Below the pieces are notes generated by a model. That model made no database searches. It was not told the origin of the DNA and saw only the letters and a list, made by a program, of their open reading frames with translations. Positions 25,368 to 38,200 of a stretch of 64,000 nt of DNA are shown in pieces. Each line of letters begins with the position of its first letter. The stretch's first letter is position 1. Origin of the DNA: Catajapyx aquilonaris (lineage: Eukaryota); NCBI GenBank assembly GCA_000934665.2, contig KZ538283.1, positions 1 through 64,000 of the forward strand, read 5' to 3'. The position numbers and the translations under genes were made by a program.

Positions 25368-28300
25368 CGTGCGAGCATGGGGCTAGAACCGAGGAAGGTC
25401 CCATTCACTGTTAGTCTATTGCCCGTCACTCTGTGAATTGCGCCGCGTGCCTGTGAACGAGTAATACATCAAATGAAGCGCAATTGGCCGTGTATTTGGG
25501 TTGCGCCGCCAGATTCCATTATGCTGTAGACTAATCGTGTTTTCAGATAAGGCCGACACGCTAATGAACTAGAGGGCTGGGTGGCTGGGTGGGCCAGAGT
25601 GGGAGGGTGGGGTGATGCTTTCAATGGTATTTCGACTGGGGGAGGCACACCCCCCCATCGTGAATCTTCTGACCCGACTTGTATCGCCGGATTCGCACGT
25701 CATTTACGTCGACCTGATAGTAAATTTCGCACTTTGCCTGCCAGTCCCATTGACGCTCCCAGATATTTCGACATATATCGCACTGATTTGACAACATTGT
25801 CTGATTCCCACGGCTTCTTTGGTGGGCGTCGCATGTATTTTTTTTTTTAAACGACCGAACAGGGTGGTCTTCCGCATTCTTTCTCCTGACCAGTTTTGAG
25901 TTGTATGGGTATATATTGGCGGCCGTTTTGTTCACAAAAGTATAAGCTTGATTTTTCCTCGTTCTCTGACGGATCAATGCACCTGGAGGCAGTGAGCTGA
26001 AAGAGCATCATTTGATGTGCACCCGGGCCTTTCCGAGGCTATTGATCCCCCCATGGCGGCCACTTGATTTTGCACACACCCGCATGCGAATAGACAGACG
26101 AACCATGCCCAAGAGAAAGAGGGACTGCGCCTGGCAACAAGTGGGGTCAAACGGAAAGATGGGGGCCAATGTTGTGTAGGCCTACACAGTCACTGAACCC
26201 TCTTAAATTTTGGCGAAAAATCTGGTGATGACTTTCAGCAAAATATTTTGGAGCGGAGATTGCTCTGAACTTATTTGCTGTTTTCCTTCCTCGTGCAACG
26301 CTCGTCTCCATAAAGATAAGGGACAAGCGGGGATTCCCATTGAGGAAACTACGCAACCCCTTACTGCGAATTGATACGGGATAAGTGAATGAGATAGGGG
26401 ACCTAGATTGCATTATTGCCGGGGTGCTGCATAATGCTTTTCTCGGGACTTGCTCTTGGAGCCTTATAGCCTATAAACTTGCCTCATCAATTTTTTAAAA
26501 GCCTATACTGTACGTGAAGGATAAATGCATAATGAGCCGCTCATAATATATTGCGTCATATATGTTGATAAATAATTATTGCAAAACTTTCCGATCAGGT
26601 TCATGGGCGAAAATACTACGCGCTATTTAGTGGCGATAGTAGCACTACAGAGTTTCCGTACGCGGTTGTTATCGAACCGTTGGGAGTAGAGAATCAATTA
26701 TTGCGAATCCGCTAAGGATCGCGAAATAATCTACACTATTACACGGAGGGGGCTTGGCTACACTTATTTGGCTAGGTCCTTCCTAGATTTTAAACACATT
26801 AGTGCTGTCGTTAATTGGGGTAGTTACGTGAACTTTAGCCCCAGCGACGAGCTAGAGTGCAAAATTAAGAGCTTGATGGGAATGTGCGGTGAGCCAACAA
26901 AGTTTATAATGTAAATGTGAAAAGGTCACACGCCTTTTGTCTGATGCTGCCATGTCCGAAAATTATCCTGCAAGTTACTTTTCAGTAATTGCGGGGCGTT
27001 AGATGGATGCAAATACTGTACAGTGCACGTGCTACAGGTAATTGCATACTAAGCATTATTAGTTAGCAGAATTTGTTTAATTAGCTCATAGTGCAATATT
27101 AAGCGATTTTAACGTGCTTATTTTGCCAACCTGAATAGGGGTTAAAGGGATAACCTATGTGCTCTATTTTTTCCCGGAAAGCTGAGACGCTTGCTTATCT
27201 ACCACTGCTCCAGTTATTGGCATAGGACGTGAGAAAAGTCCCTCGAGAAGACCAGTGGGCGTGGAAATTCGTGTTTCATCCATCTCCATACATGGTCAGC
27301 CCAAGAAACCGCCCAAGAAACCTGCCTTCACCTGCCCAAAATTAATCCCTATTTTACACCCGGCCTTATATTACAACCCAGCGAATATACCCGCAAAACT
27401 TTTTTGTCGTATCCCCTTTTTCCAGGCATCGCAAGCCATCCGAATGCCTCAAGCGTCTTCCGGAAATGCCAGGCAAGACTGGCCCTATTCGCCCAGACAT
27501 TTTTTTTACTCCTTCTCTATACATTTTCTCCAGCTCACATTCTTCCAGCGGGCACATCAAGGCGCCAGCTACCCTCTAATTCCATCCCCAGCAGCCTTTC
27601 ACCAGCCCGGAAATGTCTATTTCATCACCACAACAAAAATGGGCAGCCCAGTGAACGCATCTGCCATTTTTTTTTCTCGGCGTTTCTTAGAAATCCTTTT
27701 TTTTCTGCCAAAATATTATGTTGATGGATAGCTCTCTAATCACGAGATATGCCTCTGGCACCGGATTTTTTCTAAGGTAAAAGAAGGGTTTCAGATATGT
27801 CGTGACTGGTCACCACGATTGGGGGTGCCCATATGTGTGAAAGGTAGAGAAAGGAAGCTTCCAGCCGTAGAAAGAAGCTGGAAAAAAAACTGTCTTTCAA
27901 TGATGGATATCGCAGTTTTTTCGCACATTTTCCACGCCTACGCCAAATGGATCGAGGGGAAATATATAGTGGAAAAAAAAGGTTTGCTGATACAAATCCA
28001 CAGGCCACGACGAAGACAAACCGGTGCGGCCGAGTGAGAGGACTGAATTTGGCAGGAGGGCGCGTCCATTCTAGGGTATACCCACCCCACTTCCCAGACT
28101 ACATCACACCCATTTCACCATCACCCCCCGAAAAAAAAAAAAAATCTGCCACCCACCCAAAATCCGCATGCTACAAACATGGAAATGCCATTTCCGCATT
28201 ATCATCTCATGAAATTCCTTGCCTGACGACCTCAAAACACTCGCCGTGAGAAATCCGCAAAAATTCGAGCGAAAAATGTTTTAATGAAAAAATTTTGAAC

Positions 28301-29750
28301 TCGAGCTTTACGTGATTTTTTTATTGGCACAAGATATGCCATTGTTGTGTAACTAATTCAACACAACATTTCACTGCGTGAAAATCGGATAGAGAAACTT
28401 TCCACGTTAGCAACAGAGCCGACACTTATAATAATGGTATGATAATTGCATGTTTCATGCAAAAATGACTCTCCCGGGAGGAGATATCAGGTGCTAATGA
28501 GATACACACGTACTGAACACTCCCACTATAGGGGGTTCAAGAAGTCAAGCTGAAGGCCAGAGGGATTTAGGTCATGCATACATTTTAGGAGCTGGCGCCA
28601 GGCATTTTGCTTCAAAAGATTAGGATCAAGGGTGGCGCCCCCTTCGCAATAAATGCCGATAGCAGGTGTCGATTTGCACGTGCTTTTGCCCAACAGACGA
28701 CTTTCTGAAATGTGTCGCAACAGAGACAAAAGTTATTGTTGGCTGAGGAAGGTCCCTAGCTGCTTCTGACCCAGGGTCAAAGGGCGTCCGGAGCTGCCCT
28801 TGTGGAATGCGCAGGGGATACTGCGTATACCTTGATAAATGGTTAATACATTCACCGACATGCTGTTGGGCTAATGTTCTTTTCACCCGTCACAGAATAC
28901 CGTGACTTAAGGTCACTGGCAGCTTGACCCACATGCTCCAAAGATCGTCGACTTGGCCTCCAGATTTCCCTGAACATTTCGTTTGTAACTGTATACAAAG
29001 CAGCATTTTGCTACAGGTGTACTGTACAGTACCCTCTTATAATTAAAGCGTGAATGTACTGTACAGTGCAAGTAACAGATTTCCCGTGGCTCCTTCACCT
29101 TTCACAGCACTGTAAATACCCATGGCAATCATTTCATATCTAATTTAGCAAAGTGGCTGGCTTTCAGCTTTTAAAAAGGCTGCATCTCATTCCTAATTCA
29201 TCCGCATTTCTTCTCTTTCTCCTCCTTTGAATGAGAAAAAAAAGGCTTTTCTGATTTCACGTCTCGTCGCCTCCATCATCCTCCAGCCTCCCACAGAAAA
29301 TTTGTGGTGGGCCCCACCATCTGTGACAGTGCGCAGAAATGCTTGTACATGGTTGTGTCCCCAGACATGCCGATGCTGGTTGGGCTGTTGACCTCCCACT
29401 CAGCCTCACTTAGGGAAGCCCCTAATGGCAGATGGCGGAGTAATCGCGGTGTGTGATGAGCCCATTTGGCCCCCGGGGGCCTCTGCCTGCATACCATCGA
29501 CGTGCCTGGCTTGGGATGGTCCCTATACCACCCAATGAAGAAGATTCCTTCTCTGCGGCCAGCTTGAATTAATTAACCCTTCACGACCCTGAATGTCGAC
29601 AAGGTCACGCCCCTGCTTTGCTGCTGCCTGATACTATCGGGCCTTTTGCGTCTATTATACTGGGCGCCGGCTCTTTTTTTTTGAGGGTGTCTGTAGGCGA
29701 CAGCATTTGTCGAACAGTTCAACACTATCCGGTCCAAGAATGTGGCTCAC

Positions 29751-29846
29751 CTTGGTTTTGCTGGGCATTGATGCGACCAGACCAAGAGCTGGATGACCGG
29801 CAGCTGCTGGTGCTTCCTCCTTGTCTAATGGGCCCAGTCATTGGCT
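29751..29846 (-). CDS. Candidate 96-nt internal exon, phase 1-1, product unrecognised
   Basis: Acceptor ttttttgtttccacAG and donor AAG|GTGAGC; length divisible by 3. Only the phase-1 frame is open (PMTGPIRQGGSTSSCRSSSSWSGRINAQQNQ). Confidence 0.35.
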
Positions 29847-29963
29847 CTGTGGAAACAAAAAATTTACTTGGACAGTCTTACCCTGTACCGATTTCAAAGC
29901 CAATATAACCTACACTGCTTGGCCCACCAATCCCCACTTGAATGAAGTACGATATACCCCCAC

Positions 29964-30056
29964 CAGTTGGCGAATAGGCTCTCTGCACACTACTGCCGCT
30001 CTCAGGAGGGAAATAGTATACTACATGCACATTGGTGATGAGTCACCGAGCGGACA
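29964..30056 (+). repeat. Dispersed repeat B, copy 2
   Basis: Inverted match to 4576-4651 with a roughly 15-bp extra segment at about 30004-30019. Confidence 0.8.
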
Positions 30057-31269
30057 AAGCCCACCAGCACATGTGTCGCCTCTAGTGAAGTGGGTCCCAC
30101 CCTCTCTGACCGCAATATGTCCTCTAATTGTTGAACGGGGAAAGTGAAAACTATGGTAACTACTGCTTAGGTCCTTGTTTATGACCGGACAAACTTGTGG
30201 ACAGAGAGAATAAGGGGATTAGGTGTATAAAAAAATCATATGCAGTGATTCAAAAAAAGAAGCAACGTCTTCATTCACTCAGCCTGATAGCACCAGTCAC
30301 TGTTACATATCGCAATATGGCAAGGTTCATTGAATGACATGGCTCAGCTGCAACCTTTCCTATAGTTTAGGCTTAAAACGAAAGTAGGTTGGAGGTTTTA
30401 ATAGAGGCCAATAACTTATTCAGCGAATTTCTTTCCGCAATTTTTTCGTTGCGAGAAGGATGGCACACTATGACACAAGCTTGGCGACCAAAAAAAAAAG
30501 TTTAGCACACTTCTCACACTTTCCAATCATCTAAAGTAGCTGCTAACACAGTTTTGCACCCCCCTCCCCACATTATCATTTTCATCTCCCGAATCTAATT
30601 TATCACCCAGCACATAAAAGCTATCTGCAATTACCGCATGTACAAGCAAAAGCCAGGGCAGCAGGGAAAGAGTGAAATTACAGGCTGTGTCGTATATGTT
30701 CCTAGGCGGGCGTTAACATGAGAGAAAGCCTTTATAGCACAATTTCCTTCCATCCATCCAAGAACTATAGAGTTCTCCGTTCGTTTGTCACGCGGTCAAA
30801 CCCTGTAATTTCATTCGGCTGATAAGTTGCCGGCAACTGAGTCGAAGAACACCCACTTTCGAGTAGTAACCCCACCGAAAAAGGAGAGTTGGGGGCCGAA
30901 AGGTGACAGCCTGTGACTGCCTCCTTGCTCATTTGCTATTCATTTCTTCCTACGCCTGTGCCCCCAAGCCGCCGTCGTCAATCTTTCTCACGGGGTCTCT
31001 CCTCATTAAGTAAGCAGGGATCAAAAATAAATGTAATAATATTTGGCAAGGGGTCTCTGAGGGTCATTTTCGGCAGTGAGGGGCAGCATATGGCTCGCAT
31101 GCCTGGCGTTCTTCTTGCAGATGGCGGACTCCATTAGCTGGCAATATATGCGCCGGGTAATATTGTAATGAGGGTGAATGGACAGCATAACTTGCGGTGT
31201 GTGGGCGGGTGTGAACAAAGTGCCGGAATAACAGGTGAAGGTGGTTTGTGTACTGCATGCACGCTCATG

Positions 31270-31850
31270 TAACGTCCACCTAAACGTTACAAATTTTTTG
31301 ATTCTATCTATAGTAACGTCTACGTAGACGTTACAACTTTGTGATTCAATCGAGCAACGTCTAGGAGACGTTACAGCTTTTTGATTCAATCGAGCAACGT
31401 CTACGTAGACGTTACAACTTTTTGATTCAATCGAGCAACGTCTACGTAGACGTTACAACTTTTTGATTCATTCGAGCAACGTCTACGTAGATGTTACAAC
31501 TTTTTGATTCATTCGAGCAACGTCTACGTAGACGTTACAACTTTTTGATTCATTCGAGCAACGCAGGCGTTACAACTTTTTGATTCAATCGAGCAACGTC
31601 TACGTAGACGTTACAACTTTTTGATTCAATCGAGAAGCGTCTACGTAGACGTTACAAATTTTTGATTCAATCGAGAAGCGTCTACGTAGACGTTACAACT
31701 TTTTGATTCAATCGAGCAACGTCTACGTAGACGTTACAACTTTTTGATTCAATCGAGAAGCGTCTACGTAGACGTTACAAATTTTTGATTCAATCGAGCA
31801 ACGTCTACGTAGACGTTACAAATTTTTGATTAACTCTATAGTAGACATAC
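31270..31850. repeat. 41-bp tandem array, about 14 units, palindromic core AACGTCTACGTAGACGTT
   Basis: Consensus aacgtctacgtagacgttacaactttttgattcaatcgagc. Cores at about 31271, 31315, 31356, 31396, 31437, 31478, 31519, 31560 (deleted), 31595, 31636, 31677, 31718, 31759 and 31800. Confidence 0.97.
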
Positions 31851-32619
31851 ACGTAACAATATTTTTTTTAATATTAAAAATTCAGTATGGTTACGTCTCA
31901 GATGGGCGTTGGATGCATAAATAATCCTTGGACTACTCAGTTTCTGGTGGCTGCTAGTGACAGGCCTTTTCTTTAAAATTGGTCAGTTTTGAGGCAACGG
32001 CTTCAACTCGGTTCCAGTGAATGGAAATGCTAATAGGCAGCCGGTTTTCCAGGGACCGACGACGTGAAAACGAGAATAGGAAATCCTAAAATGACATCTT
32101 CCGGAAGCATTAAATGCCGGGGCATCCTCTGTATAGCTCCCGCAGTGGTTTTCGTTCATTCGCGAGCCGCATCATCACCCAAGATCGAAAGAGAGAGAAT
32201 CCTCAAACGGCATTCCGGTCAACACAATACCACTTGTTCAAGACGCGTCATGAACAAGATTCGCAACATTGCTTCACGCACTTTCACCATTCACAAAAAA
32301 AGGGATGAAAAATAAAGGTGGGTAGCCCCCCGGACCTAATCTGTCCTTGCCTACCTGCTACAAAACGTGATTTTATTTAACAAAAGGTGTTTGATCGCTC
32401 ATCCTTGACGGCTGCTATCACTGATTGTGTCACCCCGACGTGTAATGTAACGGGCGACGCAATTAAGAAAGCAAACACCAGTTCTGTTCGAACCCAACCG
32501 AGTGAACTTCCTCTCATTGTCCTGCTGCATGGTTTCCTCCACATGCCAAAAAATTTGAAATAACAGCGATTTTTCACTTCTACGTCATTTATTTTGTTCA
32601 GTTCAGTAAAGACACGTTT

Positions 32620-32800
32620 CTAACGTCTACGTATACGTTAAAAAATTTCGAATCAATCTGGTCGTAGACGTTACAAAATTTTGATTATGCCTAGTAACGT
32701 CTACGTATAGACGTTACTAGGCATAATCAAAATTGTAACGTCTACGTATAGACGTTACAAATTTTTTACTCAATCTAGTAACGTCTACGTAGACGTTATC
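32620..32800. repeat. Second, more diverged array of the same repeat (about 5 cores)
   Basis: Same core (aacgtctacgta[ta]gacgtt); one inter-core unit is inverted. Confidence 0.93.
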
Positions 32801-32841
32801 ATTTTTATAAACATTTAAAACTGTTTAAAGCATTAAAGACA

Positions 32842-33064
32842 AACGTGATGAGATTGTGCCAGGTGGGGTGAGATTGTGCCAGGGCGTTTTTGGACAACAG
32901 TGCGCCCTACTGGCAGTAGGCGTAAACTAGCGAATTTAGGTACGGTTCACTACATTGAGGGACTGGTCAAGGTTGGCGATGACAAGTAAAATTCGCGGTG
33001 GTGTTGTCCCCCCAAAAAATGCATTGGCACAATCTCACCCAACCTGGCACACTCTCACCACGTT
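32842..33064. mobile_element. MITE with about 55-bp TIRs containing doubled GTGAGATTGTGCCA motifs
   Basis: aacgtgatgagattgtgccaggtggggtgagattgtgcca versus right-end reverse complement aacgtggtgagagtgtgccaggttgggtgagattgtgcca. Confidence 0.85.
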
Positions 33065-35228
33065 CGACGGTATCATGCTGACAACTGCTTTTCAGCCAGT
33101 TTTAAAGCGACCACACTTTTTTTTTACCAACCCAGTCCATGAATCTGGTTCCCCCGTACGATGTTAAAAATTTTTGTACGTTACTACTAATCCCTCGCAG
33201 GCATGTAGACCCCACCTCATTCCATTTTTTTTTTTTTGCGTGTATGGTGTGTGGAAGCGGTATCTCATGTATGCTCGCATAGGCCGAAAGGGGGCGGTCG
33301 TGCCAAGCAAGGCCTTTCACCTATTCTGGGCATCTCTCCCCATGCTCTCTTTTTTTTATTATATTTTTTTAAACCCCCCCCTCTCCCTCGCGTCTACATA
33401 TGGGCAATCACAACGTCGTGATGTATGCGCGTCCACGTGATTCATCCGCAGGCTGAGAGCAGGCATGGTTTGTGCAAGCGGGGTCAGTGAGGGTGCCCGC
33501 CGGCTGACTCACTTCCCTTATTAGAAATCCACGGATAATGAGCACATTTAGGCAGACTAGTGCCAGCAGAGAGGGGGGGATTGTCGTGCTTTGTTGTCTC
33601 TCTCAGTGCATTGACCTAGTGTGCATGCAACGGACTGCACGTCATGTAAACAAACTGACCTTTTCCGCCGTTGCACCGAAATTCCGTTGGGGGGGACGCT
33701 GCTGAATATGGGGTTTAATAAGGTGCAGAAGACAGGCGCATTAAAATTCTATTTCGAAGTGTGTCAAGAGGCGGCGTCGATAGAAGGCGGATGGCCCAGA
33801 CAGCCATTTCGCATGAGAGTCGACGACACCGACAGTTCCTTGGCCTGCGTCATAGGTCTGATGGTAGAGAGGGGGTTGAGTGTATGGGGGGAGAAGCAAG
33901 CTTGCAAACTGCTTTGTAATGCTAACGTGGGATGAGAGAAAGGGCAAGAAATCATGGGTTGTAAGAGCAATGGGCCCGTTTTTTGGGGACAGCCTTATGG
34001 ATATAAATAAAATGCGCAACCAAAACTCAGTGTACCTGATGCTGGAAGCAGTTGAAGCTTTTGGCTAATGGCTCTTATCTGCAAATAAACTTGTTGGCCC
34101 CTTCTTTGCAAACCGAGAGGCTGAGTTTATGACGTACGGACTATGTAAGTAGAAAGAAATCATTATTATTGCTTGACCTCCCTTCGATGAGAGCAAGTGG
34201 AACAGCTGACATCAAAGGGATGCGAAACGAACCGCGCAGCAACTGCTTTCTCTCTCTTCTGCGTCTTGGGAAAGAAGAAAAAAAAAGAAATTGGCAAAGA
34301 CGCTCCTGTTGCTAGGCTGGATACCAAGTGGACATACATGCAAATATTGAGTAGTGATCAAAACGTGTTCTGCTGTCACGTCCGATTTGCCCAATTACGA
34401 ACCATGCAATCGGAACAAATAGTATCCGTGACACTTTCACCGTTATCTTCTGGTAAATCACGAGATGCACTTTTTTAAGTTCCTGAATGCAGCTCATTGG
34501 CTACGATAGCCCAGAGATTGTAAGGTAAATAGAGGGGCTGACTTTACCCGCATAATAATTGCCGTTGGGGGGTTGGTAGGCGTGACAAACATGGTGGGGG
34601 GGAGAGTTTGACTCCAGAGGGTTGCTGCAGGCCTCAGATCGCGAACTGCTCCATTATCTCCGTTTCTCTCCGGGTACATTTTGAGAAGGGGGTGTTAAGT
34701 CGTAAATCGGAGGATGACCATTTCCAAGCCATGTTTGGAATTAATAACGAAAGTGCAGGCACGGTCGAGGCTGAGAGAGAATTTGCGAGTCTCTCTCACT
34801 GCTGCTGTAGCCAGCGGGGGTTGGTTACTCTGTTTGCTCCGAATAATGGTATGGGCCTACAACGCTTCTTATCGTATTGAAGCAGAGATTATTATTTCGC
34901 CAAAATACACTGCCCTTGTTTACAAGCCTTGCTGTAACGAATAGCCGCGAGAGAAATATGGCGTTACCTTACTCGAAATTTTTGCCCGTTTTTTTCATGC
35001 ACATTTTTGACTAAATATTATTGCCCATTCGGTTGTTGATCTGTAGACCATTTCGATGTCAAATTTTAAGTACAGATCTATATCGACTCCAGAAGGCTCT
35101 TGTATACTGGATGTTTACGAAAGGAGGAAGAAAGACATAAAAGAAGGCTTCTCACAAGAGCCGATTGATTGCCCAGAGAACCTCCTGGAGCTCTTTGAAG
35201 GGTGCTCGGATACATTTCTTTCCTCCAG

Positions 35229-35254
35229 CCTCTCTCTCTCTCTCTCTCTCTCTC
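35229..35254. repeat. (CT)n microsatellite
   Basis: Direct inspection. Confidence 0.9.
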
Positions 35255-38200
35255 CCTTCCCCCATATCAAACTCGATTTGAGAAGAAAGGAAACCGAATC
35301 GAAACGGTCCAAGACACCATCCGGACCTCCCGTCCCGTTTGGGGAGCTGCTGCCTTATATTTTTATGAGCGTCAAATGGTAATTGCTCTATCGTCAGGGA
35401 GCCTTGATTGATGAGGCGAGCAATTAATTACAAGAGTTGCTGGCCTGTCGGACCGGCCTTTCAGGGTAGAAGGAGGCAGGCAAGAGGGGGTGACAAGCAA
35501 GCAAGCAGGGCCCTCCGAAAGCAAGCAAGCTCCTCGAATTGGACCAAAAGGAGACGAACGGGAAGAGAAAGTCAAGTCGGGTCGAACCTTTCCTGCGCAA
35601 GCTAAAGCAACTAGAGCGAAAACCAATAGTCCGGACCCTTTTAATTAGAATGTTGGCATCTGCTCAGCTGCCATCCGGATCAGAGCCCCTCCCAGAGCTG
35701 TCCCAATCAGCTTTCAATGGAGGTGCTCCAAAATGCCTACCTGTCTCACCTGTCCCGACTTTATTGCCCATTCAAGCCGTCGGATCATATTATTATGACA
35801 ATCGGGTTTAATATAAGGCGGTGTCTTTCTCGTTTAAAAAAAAAAATTGGCGGTAATTATACCCTGTATTGTTTCTGGTGGGAATATTGCCCGCAATTAA
35901 TGAACTTGGTCGTGTGTAACGCCATACTTACTCCCAAATCGAGTCACATCCAGGGGTGGAAAAAAAAGAAGTCCCCCTTCTCCTATGCAGTTTCCGCCTC
36001 GCCCAATTTCCTTTTGTTGGTTCTCGCAATATTACTGTGGCACTATTTGCACGAGATGTTTCGATTCCCAATATTCTACCCAATTTCACCCTCGTAAATC
36101 TTGACAGCACTGTATATTGTCTTATTCGGTGCTAGCGGCACGGGATGGGGGTCTCTGTGGACCCATACGCCAAAGGAAAAGGGGGGCGTCCATTTCGATA
36201 GCTGCACTTCTTTTTTTTTCAGAAAAAAAAATCAGACCGTTCTATCCATAGCGTTGTTTTCGCCAGAAGCAGTCACGATTTTTTTTTTCCTTGCTTGTTT
36301 AGACCCCCGGTATTTTTCATTAAACATTCACATAGCTGGTGCCTGCATGTCGATATCTTCCATCGGCCAGCTTGCTCTTGTTGTTATTGTTTACAAATCC
36401 CACTCGCTTTCGATTTACTTTTCAATAATACATCGAGGCCATAGCATGGTCAAAGACCTCCCCTGGTGGCACCTGGCCCAACCTCGACCTTGTTGATGCG
36501 CCATATCCTTTTGTCCTCATCCCGCCGAGTTCAAGGCCTCTCCAATAGTCTCCTCAAAATGCATATACACTGTCACATGGCCAGCTAACCACCTGCTCGT
36601 GAGTAATTCTCACGAGGCGGGACAGTCACAAGGTAACACATGCCCCCTTTCCGGTTCTTGCCCTCATCCCCATCGAAAAAGAAGGGGGGCCCCCCGCTCC
36701 AAGTGTTTCAGTCCTTTTGTTTGGCTCGACCCATGCTTCCCACGGAAATAGCGGGAAAAAGAGCTTCTATCCTACGAAGCTCTTGTTGGTGGCGACTCTC
36801 GGCGGCAAACTCGAAACGCAACGTAGGACGAATCGGCAGCCATTTCAGGCCCCATACTCAGTGAGCACGACTTGTTTACCACCTTGAAAGAGTACAGTGG
36901 TTGTCGCCATCACGAAATTTGCTCAATTTTTGTTGATCGTCACATGGGTACTAATGTAATGACCTGTAAACCGACATGACACTCGAGGGAATGTGGTCCT
37001 TTGATGCGGCGTATTTTTATTAATTGTGCCCCCTCCCTCGACATCTTTGGCGACGCATTATGTAGTCACAGGGTGGTTACGCTTGGTGTGTCAAAAGGTT
37101 ACAAAGCAGGTGCAAAAATGAAAAGTCCAATCTCCGCAAACGGTTCAACCAACCGTGCGATTAGATTTTTGTTTGCAAAAGGTACTTGCAGTATCGCGAT
37201 TTTTTTTTTACAAAAAAAAAATGTCGACCCAGCTGGCAGTGTCGCACCCTGAGATTATCTGAAATCCCCTATGGGAAGCTGCAGAGGCGGATTACGATTG
37301 TCGATTACGTCTGAAAGGCCTGTTTGATTAATCGATCGGTACGTTCTGATTAATCGATCCTGTGACCCAGAGCAAATTACTTTTTTTTTTTTCAAACATG
37401 GAAGCCATACTTTCTCTCTCCCAATGTGTTTTTTGCCCTCTCTTTCCTCTTCCTGCTTTCCATTTTGCAACAAGCATGCGACCAGCGTCCTAGACCCTGA
37501 CCTCGATCGCCACATGTCGTTGTGGGGGCCATCCGGTGACCAAAAAATCCGCACCAATTATTTTGCAACTAACACCTGCCCATCCGGTAACTTCTGCTAA
37601 TATTATTTTCATATGTCTGAGACTTCTAGTTCACGGCCGTTCAAAGTTACGCTAGTGACTCTTCATAAAAATCGGCGCTGCCAACATCTGCCCACCGAAA
37701 TAACACCTGCCTAAAGAGTCTATACCTGGAAATTGCTTTGTTGTGTAGGTCACGAGGACGCCACATCGGGCAGGTGTAGTGATGCATAATGTATCCGACA
37801 CGCAAACTTGCGCACTATTTCATAACTAAGATGATCCCAGGTACAGTGTAGCTCACAAAAAAAATGTTGCATGGCAACAGTGAGCGTCACTTGGCGGGAA
37901 AAGTTGGCGGGCAGAGTAGTTCTTGTAGCAACCATCCATTCCCCTGATGGCGCGCATGTCTCGGCGTCTCTCTCCACGTGGCTTTGTTTGGGGTCACATC
38001 CCTTTCGGGCGGGCAAGGAATGGAAGGAAGAACCCCCCCTCCCCTTTTACCCGAGGCAATGTGGCGGCCTTGTGAAAGGAAGGCAATGGACGAGGAGGAG
38101 CGGGGTAGTAGAAGAGGGTCTGGAGGGGGGCACCTGACCAGCCTACCTTTCAAAGGAACGCCGTGGGAAAGAAGCTGAAGAATTCCTTGCATGGAAACAA

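Noticed and set aside
30034..30060. Hammerhead ribozyme-like core (TGATGAGTC...GGAC-AAA)
   Set aside because: Lacks the invariant C of CUGAUGA and the GAAA; the second copy diverges further; no stems I or III.
31270..31850. CRISPR array
   Set aside because: The sequence between the palindromic cores is essentially identical rather than unique spacers; no cas genes; eukaryotic context.
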